A DNA stretch of 64,000 nucleotides from the NCBI GenBank assembly GCA_011170375.1, contig DUEV01000005.1:42231-106230 (forward strand), read 5' to 3'. The position numbers and the translations under genes are program-made. This stretch comes from Dehalococcoidia bacterium. GTDB taxonomy: Bacteria; Chloroflexota; Dehalococcoidia; Dehalococcoidales; Fen-1064. Shown here piece after piece: positions 47,175-57,958 of this stretch. Each line of letters begins with the position of its first letter. Positions within the stretch are counted from its first letter, which is position 1. Under the pieces are notes generated by a model. The model ran no database searches. It was given only the letters and a program-made list of their open reading frames with translations, and was not told the origin of the DNA.

Positions 47175-48176
47175 TCACCTCAAAAAGTTGATCTCGTTCC
47201 GATTCCCATGCGCCCAGGCAATCCTCTCATCAAGACGGCGAACCAGTGAGTAACAGACGGGTTGAAAATTCTTTAGCCAGAAGCGAGACCCAGGGATATT
47301 GGCCGATTCGAAGTCAACAGCACAGTTCTTATAACCAGCCGACCGCGCCCAATCAAGTGAGTGCTTGAGCAGTGCTGTACCGACACCACGATTACGCTCT
47401 TTTTCCTTCGTGAAGGCCATAGTAATCGCACAGGTGGACTCATCGGCGACAGGCAGCACGAAATTACGCTTACTCGACGGCACAATCCTCATGCCCCCAA
47501 CGACCTCACTATCTTGATATGCCAGCCACCACACTATATCAGAATCCGAGAGTTGCTGCTTATAATACTCCACTCCCTCGTGGTCAAACAATGGGCGGAA
47601 CGCTGGTGTCGTGGTGAGGTGTCGTCTGGTAGCCAAAGTCAGGGCTATCACCACCTCCAAGTCCTCCAGATTCGCACGACGAACCTCCACCCCCGCCATT
47701 GTTCCCTCAACCGGACCGACCTCACGCAAGGCGTCAATGTTTTCCAGTCCAAAACCCAGTGAGAACCAGGCATCCGCCACTTCGCGCTCGTGGGCAAAGA
47801 AAGTGACTACATGGGTGAAGTAGCCATTGGCAACCCAACGGGACGCCAGGTCAGCGTACATCAGCCGGTAGGTCCCCCACCTGTCAGATGATTCCGCGCC
47901 GTGCCCCCAATCAGGTATATAGGCAGTCCGGGCTTCCTGGTGCATGGTCATAAGACCGGTGGCAAAACCCACCAGCCGCCCTTCTTTAATCGCGGCCACA
48001 CCAGTGGTCCTTTCCGAATTATCTTGCAATATCGGCACTATGGCCTCAGCCTCCTCGAATTTTGCAGGTAATAAGAAGTTGCCGAGCTCTCTCTCCGCCC
48101 AGTAGCGAGCGGCTACCAGAGCCGCTGCGGCTTCAACATAGTCCTCATTGAAGGGAACAATCTCTACTGAACTCAT
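47175..48176 (-). CDS. GNAT family N-acetyltransferase (tandem GNAT-like halves)
   Basis: The C-terminal half carries the acetyl-CoA motif RNRGVGTALL. The N-terminal half has GNAT-like beta strands. Confidence 0.65.
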   Translation of the reverse strand: MSSVEIVPFNEDYVEAAAALVAARYWAERELGNFLLPAKFEEAEAIVPILQDNSERTTGVAAIKEGRLVGFATGLMTMHQEARTAYIPDWGHGAESSDRWGTYRLMYADLASRWVANGYFTHVVTFFAHEREVADAWFSLGFGLENIDALREVGPVEGTMAGVEVRRANLEDLEVVIALTLATRRHLTTTPAFRPLFDHEGVEYYKQQLSDSDIVWWLAYQDSEVVGGMRIVPSSKRNFVLPVADESTCAITMAFTKEKERNRGVGTALLKHSLDWARSAGYKNCAVDFESANIPGSRFWLKNFQPVCYSLVRRLDERIAWAHGNRNEINFLR

Positions 48177-48209
48177 TACTTCCTCTCCTTCGTATTTCCC
48201 TTTCCCTGT

Positions 48210-49031
48210 TCAGGCATGAGTCGTCTTCTGGAACAGATACAGCGCCCAACCAAGCGTATCACGACCCCAGCGCAGGTAATTGGTCCGCCCGTGAGCGACG
48301 CGAGCCAGTATCTCCGGCACATCAGGGTCGTCCGGGCTCTCTTGGGCATACCTTGCTGCGGCATACCACTGCAGTGTCTCGTACCGGTCCCAATCGTCCT
48401 GGTTGCTGGCTATTGTGTACAGCGGCACCAGGCCTTCATCTTCGCCGATAAGAACGTTTTCATAGTGCGTGTCAAACATATCACGCGTGTGGCTCTCGGC
48501 AATCAGATACTCTTCATCCGGCTCTTTTAGCCAGAAAGGTTCACCGACGAGAACAAGACCACCCGGTTTTGTCATGGCCTTCAAAGCACGCAGAGTCCCC
48601 CGATATCCCTCGTAGATCCACTCGGCACCGATACACATGGCGAGGTCGAAGGACCTGTCTGGTCTGTAATCTGCTCCGTCCATATTGAGGATTTCGATTT
48701 GAGCACCGGGCACCCGTTCCTGTAGCTTCTGTTTTACGTCCGCTACGAAATATGGGGAAATGTCGACCCCGACGCCAGACACCTTGTATCGCTCCGCTAA
48801 CCTTATCAGCATCTCCCCCTTGCCGCAGGCAATGTCGAGTACGACAGACCCTGAATTCAGTTTCAGGAGCCCGATTATTTCGTCAAGCTTCGCTGTACTC
48901 ATCGGGTTGCAAACTACGTGGTACCTGTGAGTTACACTATAAAATTTCCACATATCCATCTTCCATTCCATGAATGAATCTCTCCCTTTCTTCCAGATTT
49001 GGTTACTATCGTTATCTCTATTGTTAACCAC
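48210..49031 (-). CDS. class I SAM-dependent methyltransferase
   Basis: Motif I VLDIACGKGEM. Confidence 0.7.
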   Translation of the reverse strand: MVNNRDNDSNQIWKKGRDSFMEWKMDMWKFYSVTHRYHVVCNPMSTAKLDEIIGLLKLNSGSVVLDIACGKGEMLIRLAERYKVSGVGVDISPYFVADVKQKLQERVPGAQIEILNMDGADYRPDRSFDLAMCIGAEWIYEGYRGTLRALKAMTKPGGLVLVGEPFWLKEPDEEYLIAESHTRDMFDTHYENVLIGEDEGLVPLYTIASNQDDWDRYETLQWYAAARYAQESPDDPDVPEILARVAHGRTNYLRWGRDTLGWALYLFQKTTHA

Positions 49032-49043
49032 TTAATTTCTCCT

Positions 49044-50171
49044 TTATCCATCATGCGGTTCTATTTGATTATACCTCTGGTTTCTTCTTGACCACTTTGA
49101 AACCTTTTTCCACTTTGCCCTCTCCTCCAGGCGAGTCCTGCCTTCCTGGCGTGCCGCCAGATGCCGAAGCTCTTTCTCTAGCTTCCTGTAGCTCTGAAGA
49201 CGGGCAATATCCAGGCTGCCCTGCCGGATTGCGGCTTTAACAGCACATCCTGGCTCGGAGTGATGTGTGCAGTCCCTGAAACGGCATTCGTATGTCAGCT
49301 GTTCTATGTCCTCAAACACGCTGCTTAGGCCAACTTCATCAGCCCACATCTGAATCTCCCGCAGGCCCGGGGTGTCAATGACGGCCCCACCTGCGGGAAG
49401 AAGGATTAATTCACGCCGGGAAGTGGTGTGCCTTCCCTTACCATCGCTCTCTCGAACCTCACCGACTTCCTGCCTTTCGATACCGAGTAGAGCGTTTATC
49501 AGGGCCGACTTGCCCACTCCAGAGGGGCCAAGAAAGACGGACGTCTTTCCTCTAGTCAGGTATATCTCCAGAGCGTCCAGCCCTAATCGCTCGGTAGCAC
49601 TGACGGCGTGGACGGGTACGCTGAAAGCGATAGGCTCGACTTCCCGTATACGTGCATCAACATTAGGACAGAGGTCCACCTTGTTCAGAACGATTACCGG
49701 TGAAGCTCCGCTTTCCCAAGTGAGGGCGAGATAACGTTCGAGCCTTCTCAGGTTGAGTTTTCGGTTGCCATCCAATCCACTAACGAGGAAGGCCGTGTCC
49801 ACGTTAGCAGCCAGTACCTGCTCGCGTGTCCGACCACCGGACCTCCGTGCCCGGTCATCAGATATCTTGCGCGAGAAGCAGGTCCTTCGGGGAAGAACTG
49901 CATATATCAAACCCTTTTGCTCACTGGTGTTGGGCCTGACAACCACCCAATCACCGACGGCTGGATACTGGCCGTCGGTCCTGGCCTGGTACCGTACCTT
50001 ACCTGATATTTCTGCGGAGAGTTCACCATATTGAGTATATACCTGATATGAGTGTCTTTGCTCTGAAACCACTCTGGCCGGCACACACTCCGGTGCCTCC
50101 AGCAATTCGAACTGGTCCTTGAAGAAGGAATCCCATCCAAGCTCGGTAAGTTGATTTTTGTTCACACTCAT
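49044..50171 (-). CDS. rsgA: ribosome small subunit-dependent GTPase A
   Basis: Circularly permuted GTPase (VLNKVDL precedes GPSGVGKSALINAL). Zinc knuckle CRFRDCTHHSEPGC. Confidence 0.9.
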   Translation of the reverse strand: MSVNKNQLTELGWDSFFKDQFELLEAPECVPARVVSEQRHSYQVYTQYGELSAEISGKVRYQARTDGQYPAVGDWVVVRPNTSEQKGLIYAVLPRRTCFSRKISDDRARRSGGRTREQVLAANVDTAFLVSGLDGNRKLNLRRLERYLALTWESGASPVIVLNKVDLCPNVDARIREVEPIAFSVPVHAVSATERLGLDALEIYLTRGKTSVFLGPSGVGKSALINALLGIERQEVGEVRESDGKGRHTTSRRELILLPAGGAVIDTPGLREIQMWADEVGLSSVFEDIEQLTYECRFRDCTHHSEPGCAVKAAIRQGSLDIARLQSYRKLEKELRHLAARQEGRTRLEERAKWKKVSKWSRRNQRYNQIEPHDG

Positions 50172-50232
50172 TGTGTTGTTCCCTTTAGCGAAAAAGTGAT
50201 TGCTGATAATCTTGGCGCGGACTTAGACCGAG

Positions 50233-50267
50233 GAAAGAAAAAGCCGCGGATGTATCACGCCCACGGC
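50233..50267 (-). terminator. intrinsic-terminator-like hairpin on the minus strand (GCCGUGG-N11-CCGCGGC followed by UUUUUCUUUCC), 60-100 nt upstream of the rsgA start
   Basis: Read on the reverse complement. The 7-bp stem includes one G-U pair and is followed by a U-run. Confidence 0.35.
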
Positions 50268-50754
50268 CGGTCTTTAGGAAAGAAAAGACCGTTCCCGGAA
50301 GAACGGCCGATTATGGAGAGCCAGTCAGAAAAGGTTACTCAGCCGGAAACCCACCGGGGCGCAATACAACACTGAATCGCACACTTGCTAACATCAACTA
50401 CGCCCCCTTTCCGGTATTCTGTTGCCTGTTTCGACCTTTTTTCTACCGTGCGGATGTTACCACAGGTATTCATGGAAGTCAAGTGTGTCGGGGTATAAAC
50501 AAACCATTTTGGCTACGGTTGGGCATCGATGAAGATTAGTTCCCAAGAACGAGCCTTCTGGATAACAGAATTGAACCACTCTACCCTAACACCTGAACTC
50601 AATAAGGTCTAAACTATAGATAGTCGATTCTATGTTTAGCGTAGGCGAATGCCTATTGCTGAACATAGGCTTGGGTACCGGAAAGCACGTCTAAAATGAC
50701 TACATTAGATTTTTCAACAGTTAAGAAGGGTAGTCTAAGTCGAGGTGTAGTTCT

Positions 50755-51843
50755 ATGACCGTCAAGATTGCAGACTTGCTGGTGACAGCACAGGAAATGT
50801 CCGCCTCAGATTTACATATAAACGTTAATAGACCGCCAATCGTACGGATCGACGGAAAATTAAAGAAATTGGACAACTACCCAGACATAGAACAGAAGGA
50901 CCTTCAGGAAATACTCGAGGTAGTTACCAACCAAGAACAACTCAAAAGATTTCTGGAACAGAAGGAGTTGGACTTCAGCTACGAGGATGAACAGATAGGG
51001 CGATGTAGAGTTAACTCATGCATTCAAAAGGGGGTAATTAGTCTGGCGTTCCGTTTGCTTATGCGCGTGCTATCGCCCCTTAGCTCTCTTGGTCTGCCCG
51101 ATATCTACGGAGAGCTAAGCCTACGGCCCAGAGGATTCATCCTGGTCACAGGTCCAACTGGTAGCGGTAAATCGACCTCTATGGCCGCAATGATTAGCCA
51201 CATCAATAACAATCAAGAGCGACACATTCTTACTATAGAAGACCCTATTGAGTACATACATAAAGACAATAAATCTGTAATAATACAACGTAATGTTGGA
51301 GAAGATACTGACTCCTTTGCTAATGCGTTAAAACACGCCCTCAGACACGACCCGGATGTCATTGTTGTTGGAGAAATGCGTGATCTGACGACTATGGCTA
51401 CAGCAATATCAGCCGCTGAAACTGGACATCTAGTTCTTGGCACATTACACACAATTGATGCTGCCGAAACCATTGACCGCATTGTAGACGTATTTCCGCC
51501 TGAGCATCACGGACAGATTAGACTTCAATTATCACAGGTTTTACTAGCGGTTCTATCTCAAACCCTAATACCGCGTCTGGGAGGAGGAAGGGCGGTAGCA
51601 TGCGAGGTTATGGTGGGTACTCCAGCGATACGGCATACAATCCGTGATGGGCAAATCCACCAGTTGCAGAACAATATCCAAATGGGTCGAAAAGACGGCA
51701 TGCAAACCCTGAACCAATCAATTTCTGCCCTTGTGGAAGCGGACGTCGTGTCATGGGAAGATGCCATGCAGCATAGCAATAACACAGCGGAATTGATGAA
51801 CCTGGCTAAACATAGAGAGCCAGCAGTATTAAGTAAACCGTAA
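50755..51843 (+). CDS. pilT: type IV pilus twitching motility ATPase PilT
   Basis: Walker A GPTGSGKST, IEDPIEY, VGEMRD, TGHLVLGTLHT, and the AIRHTIRDGQIHQLQN motif specific to PilT-type ATPases. Confidence 0.9.
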   Translation: MTVKIADLLVTAQEMSASDLHINVNRPPIVRIDGKLKKLDNYPDIEQKDLQEILEVVTNQEQLKRFLEQKELDFSYEDEQIGRCRVNSCIQKGVISLAFRLLMRVLSPLSSLGLPDIYGELSLRPRGFILVTGPTGSGKSTSMAAMISHINNNQERHILTIEDPIEYIHKDNKSVIIQRNVGEDTDSFANALKHALRHDPDVIVVGEMRDLTTMATAISAAETGHLVLGTLHTIDAAETIDRIVDVFPPEHHGQIRLQLSQVLLAVLSQTLIPRLGGGRAVACEVMVGTPAIRHTIRDGQIHQLQNNIQMGRKDGMQTLNQSISALVEADVVSWEDAMQHSNNTAELMNLAKHREPAVLSKP

Positions 51844-51993
51844 CTATTTTTTAGTACCTCGTATTATCAATGGCCTATTTACTCCCTAGCATTTGACATG
51901 AAGGGCAGGTATAACATATGCCACCTTCAAAATGAGCCTTTCGCCACCTGGACTGCTACTTTTGAAGACATGACCAAAGTATGCCTCCCCAGC

Positions 51994-52022
51994 TTCACTT
52001 TCCAGCCCAAATATGCTATAAT
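51994..52022 (+). promoter_or_regulatory. candidate gyrB promoter: TTCACT (51994-51999), 17-nt spacer, TGcTATAAT (-10 at 52017-52022)
   Basis: Read directly from the sequence. The same TGCTATAAT extended -10 as at dinB. Confidence 0.4.
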
Positions 52023-52144
52023 ATGTTAATGTGTGACTCATCATGTATACTGACCTCGCCCAGTAGATTCCTCTCACCCCTTTTCTTTGGCTCTCATTTC
52101 CATACTCCTCTCCTCTTTTATCCCCAGCACTACCAGGGAGTTAG

Positions 52145-54091
<1,947 letters not shown>

Positions 54092-54118
54092 TAGGGTACA
54101 CCCTCTACACTACGCGCC

Positions 54119-54724
54119 TTATTTAGCAGAATACAGTCCATGCTCACGGATATACTGCTCTACGGCTTCGGGGACAAGACCGCTTATGGGAAGTCCGCTG
54201 GCAACCCGTTCCCTTATCTCAGAGGCGCTGACATCCACATCAGGCCTGTCAAGCAGGACTAAGCGCTCCGATAGCCCCTGCATTCTGGCTTCCAAAGACT
54301 CAAGGTCTGGGTGGGGATACCCCGGGCGGGGCACTGCTACCAGCCAACAGAGCTGGATAATCCGCTCCGGTGACTTCCAGTTCGGCAGGTCGGTCAGACT
54401 GTCCCAGCCTACAATAAAGTAGATTTTGTCCCCGGTAGTCAGTTGGGACGAGAGTTCCGTCAGAGTATCAAGGGTATACGATGGTCCCTCTCGCTCCACC
54501 TCGATGAGGGACAGCCGATAGTAGGGCTTACCAGTAATAGCAAGGCGCACCATCTCAACACGGTGTTCGGTTGGCAGAATCGAATTGCCCCCTTTGCGCC
54601 AGGGCTGGCCGGTGGGCACAAAGAGAATCTCATCGAGATTAAGTTGCGCCCTCACCTCCCCCGCTATAGCGAGGTGCCCATTGTGAATCGGGTCGAAGGT
54701 GCCTCCGAGTATGCCTGATTTCAT
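54119..54724 (-). CDS. nadD: nicotinate-nucleotide adenylyltransferase
   Basis: MKSGILGGTFDPIHNGH from the Met at 54724. The track ORF up to 54853 would overlap obg. Confidence 0.9.
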   Translation of the reverse strand: MKSGILGGTFDPIHNGHLAIAGEVRAQLNLDEILFVPTGQPWRKGGNSILPTEHRVEMVRLAITGKPYYRLSLIEVEREGPSYTLDTLTELSSQLTTGDKIYFIVGWDSLTDLPNWKSPERIIQLCWLVAVPRPGYPHPDLESLEARMQGLSERLVLLDRPDVDVSASEIRERVASGLPISGLVPEAVEQYIREHGLYSAK

Positions 54725-54728
54725 CCAG

Positions 54729-56003
54729 CTACCACTCCCATTCGAGTTCACCGCAACGAACTTTATCACCGGGAACAGCCCCGGCTTTTTTAAGTGCCCG
54801 GTTAACACCCAGTCTATCAACCTGCTGGTTGATTTGCCAGCGTACTCCGGCATCAGCTACATCCGACCGGGCAATGATACGCTCCAGTGCCGGTGCTTCG
54901 ACAACGAAGGCATCTCCTTCCTTACGCACAGTCACACGTGGGCCCCTTGGCTGCGGACGAAAAACCTTCTCCGGGACCTCTTTACGAGTATCGCCAACCT
55001 GCTTCAACATGTCCCAGGTACGCGTCATCAACTCTGGAATGCCCTCTCCAGTTACTGCCGATATCACCAGCGGGGTGATACCAACGCTCCGAAAGTTCTT
55101 TATTATCTCCGCCAGCCTGGCCTTTACCTCCGGCAGGTCAATCTTGTTCACCACCACAAGCTGAGGCCTCTGTGCCAAGGCAGCATCAAACAGACCAAGC
55201 TCAGTATTCACCCTAGTCATGTCGTCTGCCGGTGACGGTGTGCTGCCATCAACCACATGCAGAAAAATCCTGGTTCGCATGGCGTGGCACAGGAAATCAT
55301 GACCCAACCCACGACCGAGATGAGCACCCTCAATCAACCCGGGAATCTCCGCAAGGACAAAGGTATCCAGCCCAACCTCTACCACACCAACCACCGGCGC
55401 TCGTGTCGTGAACGCATAATCGGCAATCTCAGGTTTGGCCGCTGAGGCAGTTGCTAAAAGTGTAGACTTACCTACGTTAGGATAGCCGATTATGCCGACA
55501 TCAGCAATTAGCCGCAGCTCCAACAACAGTGTCTTTTCCTTACCAGGCTCCCCTTTCTGGGCAATCCGCGGGGCTTGATTGGTGGCTGAGGCAAAATGTA
55601 CGTTACCTAGCCCACCTTTTCCACCTTCAGTGACCACCACACTCTGACCAACCTGTTCGAGGTCAGCAATAAGAACATCCTCACCTTGTTGCTCTTTGTC
55701 TGAGATAACCGCTCCTACAGGGACTCTCAGCACGAGATCCTTCCCACGCTTGCCGTGCTTTTTACTGCCTTGCCCATCATGACCGCGCTCTGCCTTATAA
55801 GTAATATCCCGTCGAAACCTCAGTAGATTGGTTATTGCCGCATCCGCCTCCATAACGACATTACCACCGTCACCACCGTCGCCACCATCGGGCCCTCCAA
55901 AGGGCACGAACTTCTCGTGGCGGAAACTAATAGCCCCATCACCACCATCACCAGCCTTGACTCTTATCTCAACTAAATCAAACAATTCACCACCAACTAG
56001 CAA
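54729..56003 (-). CDS. obg: GTPase Obg/CgtA
   Basis: Glycine-rich Obg fold (KAGDGGDGAISFRHEKFVPFGGPDGGDGGDGG), G1 GYPNVGKST, and a C-terminal OCT-like domain. Confidence 0.95.
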   Translation of the reverse strand: MLVGGELFDLVEIRVKAGDGGDGAISFRHEKFVPFGGPDGGDGGDGGNVVMEADAAITNLLRFRRDITYKAERGHDGQGSKKHGKRGKDLVLRVPVGAVISDKEQQGEDVLIADLEQVGQSVVVTEGGKGGLGNVHFASATNQAPRIAQKGEPGKEKTLLLELRLIADVGIIGYPNVGKSTLLATASAAKPEIADYAFTTRAPVVGVVEVGLDTFVLAEIPGLIEGAHLGRGLGHDFLCHAMRTRIFLHVVDGSTPSPADDMTRVNTELGLFDAALAQRPQLVVVNKIDLPEVKARLAEIIKNFRSVGITPLVISAVTGEGIPELMTRTWDMLKQVGDTRKEVPEKVFRPQPRGPRVTVRKEGDAFVVEAPALERIIARSDVADAGVRWQINQQVDRLGVNRALKKAGAVPGDKVRCGELEWEW

Positions 56004-56232
56004 GTTAAATGTGATGTCAAATAATCCTGAGCATATCTTCTACCGTCTTCAGTGTATGGGGCTAACTATTATTACTAATACTATCAGGTATTGGCCGAAC
56101 TTTAAATTTGGGGGCTGGAGGAATTTGGGGGATGTATGTCCAGATAGGTGTGGTAAGGTTTATCAAAAGGGAGAGAGGTTTATTGAAAAATGCTAACGTA
56201 CTGTCCAAATCTTCCAGCCGCTTTTGAATAGC

Positions 56233-57546
56233 TCAGTCCATGGCAGCATGGAGCTTTTGTTGAATGTTGAATACCTGGCGCCTCAGATGTGGGTCGTTAT
56301 TGATACTGTTGGCAATCTTATCGTAAGCGTAGCTGATGGTTGCTGGACTGCGTCCGCCAAGTTCCCGGCCTATTTCAGATAATGAGCGGTCAGTCTCCTG
56401 CCTCATCAGGTACATGGTTACCTGTCGGGCGAGGACGGTTGCCTCGTCCCTTTTCCGACCTTTAAGGTCAGAAAGGGTTATCTGGAAGCTGGCGGCGGTT
56501 GCTTCGGCGATTAGAGCTGGTTGCAGCGGGGGCGGTTCATGGTTCTTACTGGCGATGTCTTCCAGGGCGCGGGCAGCGGATTCGGGTGTAATCGTTGTCT
56601 TCAACAGCTGTGAGTAGGCAACAACCCGGTTCAGGTAGCCCTCAAGCGCTCGTATGTTCTCCTTGATCTGGAGAGCGATGAATTCTAAGACATCGGGCGT
56701 GATATCTACTCCGTTCTGCTTGGCCTTGGCCTGTAGAATAGCTAGGCGTGTTTCGAAGTCGGGTGGCTGCAGGTCAGTAATTAGGCCCCATTCCAGGCGA
56801 GAGCGTAGCTGGGCCCGGATTTGAGGTATCTCGCGGGGCGGACGGTCGCTGGTAACGGCAATCTGTCGGTTGGCCGCATGAAGGGCGTTGAAGGTGTGGA
56901 AGAAGTTTTCTTTGGTACGCTCCTTGCCACTGAAGAACTGGACATCATCGACAAGGAGCATGTCAACGCTACGGTATTTTTTACGAAATTCCTCTGTCCT
57001 GCCCTCTCTGATGGCACTGACTACCTCGTTGGTGAACTGCTCGGCACTGACGTAGAGCGTGTTCAGTCCCCTGGTCATTGCCATATGTCCGATAGCGTGT
57101 AACAGGTGGGTCTTCCCCAAGCCGGCCGGCCCATGGATGTAGAGCGGATTGTAGGTCTCCCCCGGCTGCTCAGCCACCTTTAAGGCAGCGGCGTGGGCCA
57201 TCTCATTTGACCTGCCGACGATAAAGGAATCGAACGTATACCTGGGATTGAACAAAGGCAGGTTTTTCTGTTGGGCTTTGGGACCCTCTTCTTCCGCACC
57301 TACATGGAAGTTGACCTTGACCTTACTCTGGGCAAGCCCAGTGAGCACCTTCTCAATCAGAGAGCGGAGGTTCTTCTCGAGGTATTCAGCCACGAAGGTG
57401 TTCGGTACGCCGACGACGAAATCACCATTGTTGTAGCTGAGACCAACGGTACTTCCCAACCAAGTCAGGTAGTTCGGCCTGTTAACTTCTATTTGTAACT
57501 CGCCTAGGGCGGTTTCCCATATTTGCTGTGCTGACCTAACGCTCAT
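56233..57546 (-). CDS. dnaA: chromosomal replication initiator protein DnaA
   Basis: AAA+ Walker A GPAGLGKTHLLHAIG, LLVDDVQF, and a C-terminal domain IV helix-turn-helix (LSEIGRELGGRSPATISYAYDKI). Confidence 0.97.
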   Translation of the reverse strand: MSVRSAQQIWETALGELQIEVNRPNYLTWLGSTVGLSYNNGDFVVGVPNTFVAEYLEKNLRSLIEKVLTGLAQSKVKVNFHVGAEEEGPKAQQKNLPLFNPRYTFDSFIVGRSNEMAHAAALKVAEQPGETYNPLYIHGPAGLGKTHLLHAIGHMAMTRGLNTLYVSAEQFTNEVVSAIREGRTEEFRKKYRSVDMLLVDDVQFFSGKERTKENFFHTFNALHAANRQIAVTSDRPPREIPQIRAQLRSRLEWGLITDLQPPDFETRLAILQAKAKQNGVDITPDVLEFIALQIKENIRALEGYLNRVVAYSQLLKTTITPESAARALEDIASKNHEPPPLQPALIAEATAASFQITLSDLKGRKRDEATVLARQVTMYLMRQETDRSLSEIGRELGGRSPATISYAYDKIANSINNDPHLRRQVFNIQQKLHAAMD

Positions 57547-57958
57547 TTAATCGCAGCTTCTCAATCACTCAATCACAACGTTTTCAGGTTATGCGGAGAA
57601 CACCCTAGGCGGGGTGTAAGGACTAGCATGTCGGGCTATAGGTTAGAGGAGAGACGCAATATCCAATAGCATAATGGGGGATATATCGGTTGGCAAGGCT
57701 TTTCAGGAAGGTTGCTGGTGGTTGGGCGAATTTATTTCCTCCCCCGTTCCCCCTTAAAAGGTCTGTCATACTTACTTTTTATCGCGATTTCTCCCTTGCA
57801 GGTACGAATGGTCAGTTGTCTATTTTTTATCCATTATTGCCTGGGATATCCTCATATACGGGCTTGGATTGTGTCATATAGAGACGGTGGTTTTGCCATC
57901 TGGCAGGTCACTGACTCGTCGAATAACCTGAGAGCACGGTTGTTGGGAGGTGGTTTTA

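Noticed and set aside
50151-50375. 74-aa plus-strand ORF upstream of rsgA
   Set aside because: It overlaps the rsgA start, has no SD, and its sequence is explained by the hairpin-rich leader on the opposite strand.
51886-52077. 63-aa minus-strand ORF in the pilT-gyrB spacer
   Set aside because: It has no SD and no family. The region is better explained as the gyrB promoter (TGCTATAAT) and leader.
57547-57949. rpmH (L34) or another small gene divergent from dnaA
   Set aside because: No translation in any frame resembles the Arg/Lys-rich L34 sequence. The track ORFs here (57690..57881 and 57712..58089) have no SD and are hydrophobic or low-complexity.
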